From contig CASFJU010000004.1 of assembly GCA_949295115.1 (NCBI GenBank), forward strand, positions 120,153 through 184,152: a stretch of 64,000 bases of DNA, written 5' to 3'. The notes under the pieces are model-generated. The model searched no databases. It was not told the DNA's origin and worked only from the letters and a program-made list of their open reading frames with translations. Shown here in pieces: positions 49,029 through 59,009 of the stretch. The position numbers and the translations under genes were made by a program. This stretch comes from an uncultured Phascolarctobacterium sp. GTDB lineage: Bacteria; Bacillota; Negativicutes; Acidaminococcales; Acidaminococcaceae. Positions within the stretch are counted from its first letter, which is position 1. Each line of letters begins with the position of its first letter.

Positions 49029-51776
49029 ATGAATAAACAGCAGCTTGCATCTAAAATTTGGGAATCAGCCAATAAAATGCGTTCTAAAATTGAGGCTAAC
49101 GAATATAAAGATTATATTCTTGGTTTTATTTTTTATAAATTTCTTTCAGATAAAGAAGTCAAATTTTTAAAAGAAAATGACTGGACAGACGAATATTTGC
49201 CGGAACTTGATGAAAACGATACAGATAACGTAGACTTCGTGCAGAAGAATATAGGTTATTTTATTCCTTATGAACATTTATTTTCGACCTGGATTGCAAA
49301 AGGCAACGATTTTACAGCAGATAATGTAAGCGTTGCTTTATCTTCCTTCAGCCGTTTGGTAAACGAATCGCACAAAGGTGTATTTAAAAACATTTTTCAA
49401 ACGCTGGAAACAGGTCTGTCCAAACTCGGAGCAACTGCTCCTGACCGCACCAAAGCTATTCGCGATTTAATCAACCTTATTAAAGATATACCCATGGACG
49501 GCAAGCAGGATTACGATGTACTTGGCTTTATTTACGAATATTTAATCAGCAACTTTGCTGCTAACGCAGGCAAAAAAGCTGGTGAATTTTACACTCCTCA
49601 TGAAGTATCACTTTTAATGTCGGAACTTGTTGCGCATCACCTTAAAGACCGCGATAAAATTGAAATTTACGACCCTACCAGCGGTTCCGGTTCGCTGCTT
49701 ATCAACATTGGCCAATGTGCTGCCAAATATATTGGCAGTGAGAACAACATAAAATATTATGCGCAGGAACTTAAAGAAAATACCTATAACCTTACGCGTA
49801 TGAACCTTGTTATGCGCGGAATTTTGCCGGATAACATCGTTACCCGTAATGGCGATACTTTAGAGGACGACTGGCCTTATTTTGATGATAAAGACCCGGT
49901 TAATACTTATAATCCGCTTTATGTAGATGCCGTTGTATCTAATCCGCCATATTCCCAGGCATGGGACCCTACTGATAAAGAAATGGACGCACGTTATTCG
50001 CGTTTTGGCCTTGCACCTAAAAGCAAAGCAGATTACGCCTTCCTTTTGCACGACTTGTTCCATTTAAAAGCAGACGGCATTATGGCTATTGTACTGCCGC
50101 ATGGCGTACTGTTTCGTGGTGGCGAAGAAGGCAAAATTCGTAAAAACTTAATAGAATATAACCATATCGACGCTATTATTGGCCTTCCGGCAAATATTTT
50201 CTTTGGCACCGGCATACCCACTATTATTATGGTGCTTAAACAAAAACGTGATAACACCGATGTGCTTATAGTCGATGCTTCCAAAGGATTTGCCAAAGTA
50301 GGCAAAAATAATATGCTTCGCGCCTGTGATATTAAAAAAATTGTAGACGCTGTAACAACCCGCTCTGACATTGATAAATTCTCTAAAAAGGTAAGTCGCG
50401 ATACCATCCGCGCTAATGATTATAACCTTAACATTCCCCGCTATGTTGATTCTTCCGAAAAAGCTGAAAGCTGGGACATTTATGCCTCTATGTTTGGTGG
50501 CATTCCCGAAAACGAATTAGCGGATTTACAAGCCTATTGGGACGCCTTCCCTACTCTTAAAACATCTCTGTTTAAACAATTAAACGCCGGTTATTGGCTG
50601 CTTAATACTGATGATTTAAAAACAGCAGTTAGCGACAACACAGATATAACCACTTTTAAAACTAATTACAACAACGCCTTTGGCGATTTTAACGCTTATC
50701 TTAATGCTGAACTTATAGATGATACCGTAAATGTTAATATCTCTAAAGAACTAAACACTATCAGCGATAATATTTTTGCACGCCTTCAAAACGTGCCGTT
50801 AATCGATAAATACGAAGCTTACCAGCTGCTTGCCGATAATTGGAATAACATTGCCGTTGATTTAGAAATACTGCAAACCGAAGGTATGGACGCTGTTAAA
50901 GTGGTAGACCCTAATTTTGTTGTAAAAAAGAAAAACGGCAAAGATGAAGAAGTGCAGGAAGGTTGGAAAGGTCATGTGCTACCGTTTGAATTGGTACAAA
51001 AAGTTATCTTAAACGAAGATGTTCAAGAATTGGATTCAAAGAACTCTATGTTAAATAACATTAAAGCAAAACTTGATGATATTATTGAAAACTTATCTGA
51101 GGAAGATAGAGAGTCTAATTTATTAAATGATGCAAATACTGCTTTCAATGAAAGTGAAGTAAAAAATAAAATTAAAATTATTTTAAACGATATAAAAACA
51201 ACAGAAATTGAAGTATTGCAAGAATATTTATCTCTGAGCAAAAAGAAGGAAAAAATAGAATTTATAAAACAAAAAAACGATTATTTTCCAGATAAAATAT
51301 TGATTGCAAATGATGGAACCTATAAAAAGAATGATATAAAAAATTATATTAATGAGTTGAAATTAACATATCAGTTTCCAGAGGGGTCTTGGGAAAACAC
51401 ATTAAAAGAGATATTAGACCTTTTAAATAATGAAAAAATATTAAAAGATGAAATAAAGAAAAAAACTATCGCTTTACACCTTAAAACTAAAGAAGTTATA
51501 GAACAACTTACTGATGAGCAAGTAAACACCTTACTTAAAGAAAAATGGATTACACCGTTTTTCAACAGCTTAAACGGTCTGCCTGATGCTGTTGTAAATA
51601 CTTTAGTTAATAAACTGGAAACTATTTGCAAAAAATACGAAACCACTTTTGCTGATGTAGAAAAAGAGATTGCCGAAACCGAACAAAGTTTAATAGGTAT
51701 GCTTGATGAGTTGGAAGGCAATGAGTTTGATATGCAGGGTATTGCTGAACTGAAAGCATTGTTAGGGGGTAAGTAA
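49029..51776 (+). CDS. hsdM: Type I restriction-modification methyltransferase (long 915-aa form)
   Basis: LASKIWESANKMR, GEFYTP, DPTSGSG (motif I), NPPY (motif IV), VLPHGVLFRGG. Confidence 0.96.
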   Translation: MNKQQLASKIWESANKMRSKIEANEYKDYILGFIFYKFLSDKEVKFLKENDWTDEYLPELDENDTDNVDFVQKNIGYFIPYEHLFSTWIAKGNDFTADNVSVALSSFSRLVNESHKGVFKNIFQTLETGLSKLGATAPDRTKAIRDLINLIKDIPMDGKQDYDVLGFIYEYLISNFAANAGKKAGEFYTPHEVSLLMSELVAHHLKDRDKIEIYDPTSGSGSLLINIGQCAAKYIGSENNIKYYAQELKENTYNLTRMNLVMRGILPDNIVTRNGDTLEDDWPYFDDKDPVNTYNPLYVDAVVSNPPYSQAWDPTDKEMDARYSRFGLAPKSKADYAFLLHDLFHLKADGIMAIVLPHGVLFRGGEEGKIRKNLIEYNHIDAIIGLPANIFFGTGIPTIIMVLKQKRDNTDVLIVDASKGFAKVGKNNMLRACDIKKIVDAVTTRSDIDKFSKKVSRDTIRANDYNLNIPRYVDSSEKAESWDIYASMFGGIPENELADLQAYWDAFPTLKTSLFKQLNAGYWLLNTDDLKTAVSDNTDITTFKTNYNNAFGDFNAYLNAELIDDTVNVNISKELNTISDNIFARLQNVPLIDKYEAYQLLADNWNNIAVDLEILQTEGMDAVKVVDPNFVVKKKNGKDEEVQEGWKGHVLPFELVQKVILNEDVQELDSKNSMLNNIKAKLDDIIENLSEEDRESNLLNDANTAFNESEVKNKIKIILNDIKTTEIEVLQEYLSLSKKKEKIEFIKQKNDYFPDKILIANDGTYKKNDIKNYINELKLTYQFPEGSWENTLKEILDLLNNEKILKDEIKKKTIALHLKTKEVIEQLTDEQVNTLLKEKWITPFFNSLNGLPDAVVNTLVNKLETICKKYETTFADVEKEIAETEQSLIGMLDELEGNEFDMQGIAELKALLGGK

Positions 51777-51777
51777 A

Positions 51778-52867
51778 ATGCCTGAAAATGCTAAAAAACC
51801 GCAAATTAGATTCAAAGGATTTACGGACGATTGGGAACAGCGTAAGTTCTATTAGAAAAAGCGGAAAATATGAAATCCTTGGTTCTACTTCAGTTATTGG
51901 ATATGATAATTCTTATGATTATGAAGGTGATTTTTTACTAACTGCTCGTGTAGGGGCAAATGCCGGAGAATTATATAGACATAATGGAAAAGTAAAAATC
52001 AGCGATAATACTGTATTTATTCAAGGAAAAGCATTAGATTTTATATATTATGCTTTATTAAATTTTGATATAAAACGTCTTTCGTTTGGAACCGGCCAAC
52101 CTTTGGTGAAAGCCAGCGAATTAAAAGAATTATTACTTTATATGCCGAGCGAGTTAGAAAGAAAGTTTATAGGTAAGTATTTTATTTTTTTAGATAACCT
52201 TATCACCCTTCATCAGCGTAAGTTAGATAAGCTTAAAAATATTAAAAAATCTATGCTTGAAAAAATGTTTCCAAAAAATGGCAGCAATATTCCGGAAATT
52301 CGTTTTAAAGGATTTACTGACGCTTGGGAACAGCGTAAGTTGGACGAAATTGCAATTTTTAATCCTAAAGCTGAATTGCCAAATGTTTTTGAATATGTGG
52401 ACCTTGAATCTGTAATCGGAACCGAAATGGTATCTCATAGAACAGAAACTAAATATACTGCACCTTCTAGAGCACAACGTTTAGCTTATGCAGGAGATTT
52501 GTTTTACCAAACAGTAAGACCATATCAAAAAAATAACTATCTTTTTGAAAAAGCAGATAAATTCTATGTTTTTTCAACAGGCTATGCACAACTACGTCCA
52601 TTAACAGATGGTTATTTTCTGCTTTCTATTATCCAAAATTCAAATTTCGTAAAAACTGTTTTAGATAATTGTACTGGTACAAGTTATCCTGCTATTAATT
52701 CTAATGACCTCTCACAAATCTACGTATCAACTTCTTTAGATATGGAAGAATGTAAACAAATAGGATATTTCTTTCGTAAACTTGACAACCTTATCACCCT
52801 TCATCAGCGTAAGCTGGAGAAGTTACAGAACATAAAAAAAGCTTGCTTAGAAAAGATGTTTGTATAA
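51778..52867 (+). pseudogene. hsdS: Type I specificity subunit (TRD-a + TRD-b), frameshifted at ~51849 in this sequence
   Basis: MPENAKKPQIRFKGFTDDWEQRK then FY-stop; the rest (TRD, LITLHQRK, MLEKMFP..IRFKGFTDAWEQRK, TRD, LEKMFV) is in another frame. Confidence 0.85.
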
Positions 52868-52884
52868 GCAGAAAGGAAAAAGTC

Positions 52885-55800
52885 ATGGCTTTTACATCGG
52901 AAGCAGAATTTGAAAAAGCATTAGTTGATTTATTGCCGTCTAAAGGTTGGGAAAAGACTGTTTTAAAAAATCCTACCGAAGAACAGCTTATTCAAAACTG
53001 GGCTGATATTTTATTTGAAAACAACCGCAGCATTGACCGTTTAAACGATTATCCGCTTACTAAAGGAGAAATGGCTCAAATTTTAGAGCAAATTAAAAAC
53101 TTAAGAACGCCACTGATGCTGAATGGTTTTATTAACGGCGGCAGTGTACAAATTACGCGCGATAATTCGCAGGACACTTTGCATTTTGGCAAAGAAGTTT
53201 CGCTTAAAATTTATGATCGCCGCGAAATTGCCGCAGGCCAAAGCCGTTACCAAATAGTTGAGCAGCCGCAGTTTAATACTAAATCACCCATACTTAACAA
53301 TAGGCGTGGTGATGTAATGCTGCTTATTAACGGTATGCCGGTAATTCATATCGAACTTAAAAAGAGTGGCATCCCTGTAAGTCAGGCATATCACCAAATC
53401 GAAAAATATGCGCACGAAGGCGTATTTACCGGGCTGTTTTCATTAGTGCAAATTTTTGTAGCCATGAACCCTGAAGAAACCGTATATTTCGCTAACCCGG
53501 GACCTGATGGAACTTTTAACTCTGATTTTTACTTTCATTGGGCAGATTTTAACAATGAACCTATTAACGATTGGCAGCGCGTTGCCTCTACTCTGCTCTC
53601 TATACCAATGGCACATCAATTAATTGGCTTTTATACTGTTGCAGACGATTTAGACGGTATTTTGAAAGTTATGCGAAGCTATCAGTATTTTGCCGCCAGT
53701 GCTATTTCTGATAAAGTTGCTAAAACTAAATGGGAAGGCAATGAACAATTAGGCGGTTACATTTGGCATACTACCGGCAGCGGCAAAACTATGACTTCTT
53801 TTAAATCTGCACAACTTATTGCTGCCTCTAACGATGCTGATAAAGTAGTATTTTTAATGGACCGTATCGAACTTGGCACACAAAGTTTAAGGCAGTACCG
53901 TGGTTTTGCTGATAATGCCGATAATGTACAGGCAACGGAAAACACTGGTGTGTTGGTAAGTAAATTAAAAAGTAACGATGTAAAAAATACTCTGATAGTT
54001 ACCTCAATACAAAAAATGAGTAACATTAAAGACGAAGCCGACGGTGGCATGACTTCTGTTGATGTCAAACTAATGCAATCTAAACGCATCGTTTTTATCG
54101 TTGATGAATGTCATCGTTCTACTTTCGGTGATATGCTGTATATAATTAAGCAAACTTTCCCTAAAGCCGTATTTTTCGGCTTTACCGGCACGCCTATTCA
54201 CCTTGAAAACCAAAAGAAAAAATCTACGACAGCTATGGTTTTTGGTAATGAACTGCACCGTTACAGTATTGCAGACGGCATTCGTGATAAAAACGTACTT
54301 GGTTTTGACCCTTATAAGGTTTTAACCTATAAAGACCAGGATGTGCGCGAGCAAATTGGATTAGAAGCAGTTAAAGCACAAACACTTGAAGAAGTGTACG
54401 CCGATGAGAAAAAAACTAAAAAATTTAATGAATATATGAAAATGCCTATGGCTGGGTATTATGAAAATAATGAGTATATAAAAGGCATTGAGGATTATTT
54501 GCCTGATAGTCAGTACCGCACAGAAGAACACCAGAACAATGTTGTAAAAGATATCATAGATAACTGGGTATATCTTAGCCATAATAGTAAATTCCACGCT
54601 ATTTTTGCCACATCAAGCATTAACGAAGCCATAGAATATTATAGACTGATGAAAAAAGCTGCACCGCAGCTTAAAATAACAGCACTTTTTGACTCCAGCA
54701 TTGATAATAATGGCAAAGCAGAATTTAAAGAAGATGGTCTTGTAGAAGTTATCGAAGATTATAATGCACATTATAATCAGCATTTTACTATCCCTACATT
54801 TGCCGCTATGAAGAAGGATATTGCCGCAAGGCTGGCGCATAAAAAACCTTATCAACGGCTGAAGCCTGAAGAACAGGTTGATTTGTTGATAGTAGTTGAC
54901 CAAATGCTTACCGGGTTCGATTCAAAATGGGTTAACACGCTTTATATGGATAAAGTGCTTAAATATGAGAATATCATTCAAGCGTTCTCGCGTACCAATC
55001 GCATTTTTGGACCGGAAAAACCGTTTGGCACAATTAAATATTACCGCAGGCCGCATACTATGGAAAAATTAGTAGCGGCAGCCTTTAAGCTTTACTCCGG
55101 CGATAAACCGTTTGGCTTATTTGTAAACAAGTTAAATAAAAACTTAGAAGATTTAAATTTTTATTATAAAAGCATTAAAGACCTCTTTGGACAAGCAGGC
55201 ATAGCGGACTTTGCTAAACTGCCGGAGCAGCAAGCCGAATGTAAGGAGTTTGCACGTTTATTTAAACTATTAAACGAAGCTTTGGAAGCAGCTAAATTGC
55301 AAGGTTTTAACTGGAATAAATTAGAATATCAATTCGTAGACGAGAATAGCGGAGAAAAGTACAGCATTAAAGTAGCTTTAGATGAAAAGACTTATAAAAT
55401 ACTGGCCAAAAGGTATAAAGAATTATCCAAACCTGGCGGAAGCGGGCCTGGTGAAGAAATGCCTTATGATATTGATGGTTATTTAACAACTATTGATACC
55501 GATGATATTGATTCAGATTACATGAATTCCCGCTTTGTAAAGTATATTAAATTACTGCATACTGATGGTACATCGGCAGAGATTTTAGCTAAAGCCGCTG
55601 ATGAGTTGCATAAAACTTTTGCTACTTTAACTCAGGAAGAACAAAAGTACGCAAATATTTTATTACACGATATTCAGCGTGGCGATGTAATACCGGAAGC
55701 TGGTAAAACCTTTAGAGATTACATAACAGAGTATTTAGCCAATGCCAAAAACACGCAGGTACATAAAGTGGCGCAAATTTTAGGTTTAGACGAAGCCAAA

Positions 55801-56013
55801 TTGCTGAAAATGATGGCGTTAGGTGTGACAGATGCCAATATTAATGCTTTTGGACGTTTTGATGAATTAAAGACAACGGTCGATAAGCAAAAAGCGAAGG
55901 CTTATTTTGAAAAAGTTGAAGGCAAAAAAATTATACTGCCTAAAGTAAATAACAAAATTGACCTGTTTTTAAGAAATTTTATTATAAGTGGAGGATTTGA
56001 TATCGAGCAATAA
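52885..56013 (+). CDS. hsdR: Type I restriction endonuclease subunit R
   Basis: D...IELKK nuclease motif, HTTGSGKT, DECH, FTGTP, QAFSRTNR. Confidence 0.96.
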   Translation: MAFTSEAEFEKALVDLLPSKGWEKTVLKNPTEEQLIQNWADILFENNRSIDRLNDYPLTKGEMAQILEQIKNLRTPLMLNGFINGGSVQITRDNSQDTLHFGKEVSLKIYDRREIAAGQSRYQIVEQPQFNTKSPILNNRRGDVMLLINGMPVIHIELKKSGIPVSQAYHQIEKYAHEGVFTGLFSLVQIFVAMNPEETVYFANPGPDGTFNSDFYFHWADFNNEPINDWQRVASTLLSIPMAHQLIGFYTVADDLDGILKVMRSYQYFAASAISDKVAKTKWEGNEQLGGYIWHTTGSGKTMTSFKSAQLIAASNDADKVVFLMDRIELGTQSLRQYRGFADNADNVQATENTGVLVSKLKSNDVKNTLIVTSIQKMSNIKDEADGGMTSVDVKLMQSKRIVFIVDECHRSTFGDMLYIIKQTFPKAVFFGFTGTPIHLENQKKKSTTAMVFGNELHRYSIADGIRDKNVLGFDPYKVLTYKDQDVREQIGLEAVKAQTLEEVYADEKKTKKFNEYMKMPMAGYYENNEYIKGIEDYLPDSQYRTEEHQNNVVKDIIDNWVYLSHNSKFHAIFATSSINEAIEYYRLMKKAAPQLKITALFDSSIDNNGKAEFKEDGLVEVIEDYNAHYNQHFTIPTFAAMKKDIAARLAHKKPYQRLKPEEQVDLLIVVDQMLTGFDSKWVNTLYMDKVLKYENIIQAFSRTNRIFGPEKPFGTIKYYRRPHTMEKLVAAAFKLYSGDKPFGLFVNKLNKNLEDLNFYYKSIKDLFGQAGIADFAKLPEQQAECKEFARLFKLLNEALEAAKLQGFNWNKLEYQFVDENSGEKYSIKVALDEKTYKILAKRYKELSKPGGSGPGEEMPYDIDGYLTTIDTDDIDSDYMNSRFVKYIKLLHTDGTSAEILAKAADELHKTFATLTQEEQKYANILLHDIQRGDVIPEAGKTFRDYITEYLANAKNTQVHKVAQILGLDEAKLLKMMALGVTDANINAFGRFDELKTTVDKQKAKAYFEKVEGKKIILPKVNNKIDLFLRNFIISGGFDIEQ

Positions 56014-56043
56014 AAAACTTTCGCTTATATACGGCGCAAAGAT

Positions 56044-56074
56044 AAAAGAGTCAAGGATTTTCCTTGGCTCTTTT
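56044..56074 (+). terminator. Terminator after hsdR, insulating the silent cassettes
   Basis: AAAAGAGTCAAGG/CCTTGGCTCTTTT hairpin. Confidence 0.65.
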
Positions 56075-56081
56075 GCTATGT

Positions 56082-57049
56082 TTGGGAACAGCGTAAGTTG
56101 GGAGAGATAGCAGAAACTTATTCCGGTGGCACGCCTTCAGTAAGTATAAAAAAATATTATATTGGAAATATTCCTTTTATTCGTTCAGCAGAAATAAATA
56201 GTAAAAGCACAGAATTATTTATCAATGAGGAAGCTTTACTATATTCATCTGCTAAACGTGTTTCAACTGGCGATATTTTATATGCGCTATACGGGGCTAC
56301 TAGCGGAGAAGTAGGGAGAGCAGCTTTAAATGGAGCAATAAATCAAGCTGTATTAGCTATTTTACCACAGAAAAAATATGATTCTGAATATTTAATGCAA
56401 TGGCTACGTAAAAGTAAATTTAAAATAATAGGAACATTCTTACAAGGTGGTCAAGGTAATTTATCAGCAGAAATAGTCAAAAATTTAAATATTGATTTGC
56501 CAAACAAAGTAGAACAAGAGAAAATAGGAAATTATTTCTTAAATCTTGATAACCTTATCACCCTTCATCAGCGTAAATATTTTTGCAGTAATAACCTAAT
56601 ATTTACTATAACAACCGCTTGGGAACAGCGTAAGTTGGGAAAATTTGGATATACTTATACTGGTCTTTCTGGAAAAATCAAAGAAGATTTCGGCCATGGG
56701 CAAGCTCGCTTTATTACTTACAACATCGTCAGAGACGCCTGAAGAAGTTGGGATGTCCTCGGTTTTACTTGAAAAATATAATATAACTTATTTAAATAGC
56801 TTTTGTTTTGGATTTAGGCCAACTGAAAAATTTAATAATCACTTTATCGCATATATGCTCCGTTCCAAAACAGTGAGAGAAAAAATTATTCTTCTTGCAC
56901 AGGGGATATCAAGATATAACATATCAAAAAATAAAGTGATGGAAATAGATATTTCTTTGCCGACGCTTAAAGAGCAAAAATTTGTTGGTCAATATTTTAA
57001 GTCTCTCGACAACCTTATCACCCTTCATCAGCGTGAGTGTTTTTATTAA
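56082..57049 (+). other. hsdS: Two silent hsdS TRD cassettes (TRD-c, TRD-d); TRD-d carries an internal frameshifting deletion at ~56718
   Basis: Each cassette is bounded by WEQRK and NLITLHQR repeats; no RBS or N-terminal leader; conserved central spacer is replaced by a short linker. Confidence 0.85.
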
Positions 57050-57064
57050 AAAAGGAGGTGCAAA

Positions 57065-57994
57065 ATGTTAAGTTTAATTAAAAATGTAGACCTTTTTCAT
57101 CAGTATTATCATTCATGGATAAAGGTTTACAAAGAAGGGGCTGTACGAAAAGTAACTATGGATAAATATTATATGACATATTCATGGTTAATAAGATTAG
57201 CGCCCAAATTGCGTTTATGTGATGTTACCAGAATTACTTATCAGCAGTTGCTTAATGATTATGCCATATATCACGAAAGGCAAACTACCATGGATTTTCA
57301 CCATCAACTGAAAGGTGCAATAATGGACGCTGTTGATGAAGGACTTATTGAGCGTGACCCTACACGAAAAGCGATAATTAAAGGCAAAACACCGGCAATA
57401 AAAAAGAAAAAGTATCTTAACCAATTTGAACTGCATACTTTGCTCATCAATTTAGATTTGCAAAACAGAATTAACTGGGATTGGCTGATTATGTTAATAG
57501 CCAAAACAGGCATCAGGTTTTCGGAAGCATTAGCTATTACGCCTAAAGATTTTGACTTTTCTCACCAAATGCTTTCTATTAGCAAAACTTGGGATTATAA
57601 GGGGAGCGGCGGTTTTTTGCCAACAAAAAATGCGTCTTCAGTGCGGAAAATTCAAATTGATTGGCAAACAGTAATTCAGTTTGCAGAACTGGTAAAAAAT
57701 TTGCCTAACGATAAACCTATATTTTTGTTAAAAGAAAAAATATATAATTCTACTATAAATGATATTTTAGAAAGGCGTTGCCGCAAAGCTAATTTGCCTG
57801 TTATTTCTGTACACGGGCTTAGGCATACGCACGCATCATTGCTACTTTTTGCTGGTGTTTCCATTGCCAGTGTTGCCAGACGGCTCGGCCACGCCAGCAT
57901 GACAACAACACAAAAAACTTATCTGCATATTATACAAGAGTTGGAAAATAAAGATGTTGATTTAGTTATGCGCTCCATAGCCGGACTAAGTTAA
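57065..57994 (+). CDS. Second tyrosine recombinase, hsdS-shufflon-associated type
   Basis: 309 aa with no arm-binding domain; TGIRFSE, HGLRHTH, RLGH, TY; adjacent to the TRD cassettes. Confidence 0.88.
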   Translation: MLSLIKNVDLFHQYYHSWIKVYKEGAVRKVTMDKYYMTYSWLIRLAPKLRLCDVTRITYQQLLNDYAIYHERQTTMDFHHQLKGAIMDAVDEGLIERDPTRKAIIKGKTPAIKKKKYLNQFELHTLLINLDLQNRINWDWLIMLIAKTGIRFSEALAITPKDFDFSHQMLSISKTWDYKGSGGFLPTKNASSVRKIQIDWQTVIQFAELVKNLPNDKPIFLLKEKIYNSTINDILERRCRKANLPVISVHGLRHTHASLLLFAGVSIASVARRLGHASMTTTQKTYLHIIQELENKDVDLVMRSIAGLS

Positions 57995-58111
57995 AAGCAA
58001 ATGCTCTCGCTGATGATAATTATAATTTTAAGCTTTTATATATTGAACTTTGACCGGATTATGCTGTATTTATGGTATAATATTTAAAAATGATTTAATG
58101 AGGAACACAAA

Positions 58112-58987
58112 ATGGATAATTTAAAATATAAATACGAACTTCTAATAAACTGGTGGCGTTCACTTAATATTACTGATGATGCTGCACTTGCAGAAGCTTT
58201 TAACGAGCATATCATTAATTTTGCATATAATTCCGGCAACATTGAAAATCCTAATGTTACCTACCACGATACCCGTGAAATTTTTGAACATGACAGTGTT
58301 ACCGGCTACACAGGCAATTTATGCACGCTGTTTGAAATTCGTAATGCTAAAGTTGCTATGGAATACTTCTTTAAAGCCTTTAGGGATAAAATGCCTTTGA
58401 ATGAAACCTTCATCAAAGAATTGCAGCGGCGTTTGACACTTAACACTTACGATGAACGCCGCTGGCAGTGCTGTGAGTGCCCGGGAGAATACAAGAAATG
58501 CGATTATGTTACCGGCAGAAATGAAACCGGCGCATCTGCCGAAGATGTTCCGGATGAAATGCAGGAGCTGTTAGAGGATTTAGAGGTACTGCCGAAAGAA
58601 CCTGAAAAAGTTTTGATGGCAGCTGCTTTCTTCCACGCAAAGTTTGAAAATATCCATCCTTTTGCCGACGGAAATGGGCGTACCGGCCGCCTTGCCATGA
58701 ATTACCTGCTTGCCATAAATAATCATCCGCCACTTGTAATTCATCAAGAGGATAGAAAAGCGTACTTTGAAGCCCTTGAAGCGTGGGACACGGAGCAGAA
58801 CCTTAAACCGTTAAAAGCCTTTTTGTTGAAACAGATTATAAAAACGTGGGCAAAAAGGATTACTGTTTTAGAAAAAGCGGAAAATGAGGAAGATTTAAAA
58901 GATTTTAAGCAGGCAATGGATGAATTTAAGAAAAATCCTAAAACCTATACCCACGAAGAAATGAAGAAAATGTTTGATTTAAAATAA
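58112..58987 (+). CDS. Fic family protein (class II) with an extra antitoxin-like C-terminal tail
   Basis: Canonical HPFADGNGRTGR; N-terminal inhibitory SGNIEN matching (S/T)xxxE(G/N). Confidence 0.9.
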   Translation: MDNLKYKYELLINWWRSLNITDDAALAEAFNEHIINFAYNSGNIENPNVTYHDTREIFEHDSVTGYTGNLCTLFEIRNAKVAMEYFFKAFRDKMPLNETFIKELQRRLTLNTYDERRWQCCECPGEYKKCDYVTGRNETGASAEDVPDEMQELLEDLEVLPKEPEKVLMAAAFFHAKFENIHPFADGNGRTGRLAMNYLLAINNHPPLVIHQEDRKAYFEALEAWDTEQNLKPLKAFLLKQIIKTWAKRITVLEKAENEEDLKDFKQAMDEFKKNPKTYTHEEMKKMFDLK

Positions 58988-59009
58988 AAATGCAAAAGGA
59001 GTTGATAAC

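Larger units (their letters stand above)
51831..56636 (+). repeat. Repeat A TTGGGAACAGCGTAAGTT x4 (51831, 52324, 56082, 56619), direct orientation
   Basis: Four identical 18-bp copies read directly from the sequence. Confidence 0.9.
52196..57034 (+). repeat. Repeat B AACCTTATCACCCTTCATCAGCGT x4 (52196, 52787, 56551, 57011), direct orientation
   Basis: Four identical 24-bp copies read directly from the sequence. Confidence 0.9.

Noticed and set aside
51831-57034. Repeat-spacer pattern read as a CRISPR array
   Set aside because: Spacers are ~350-450-bp coding TRDs, the repeats encode HsdS conserved motifs, and no cas genes are present
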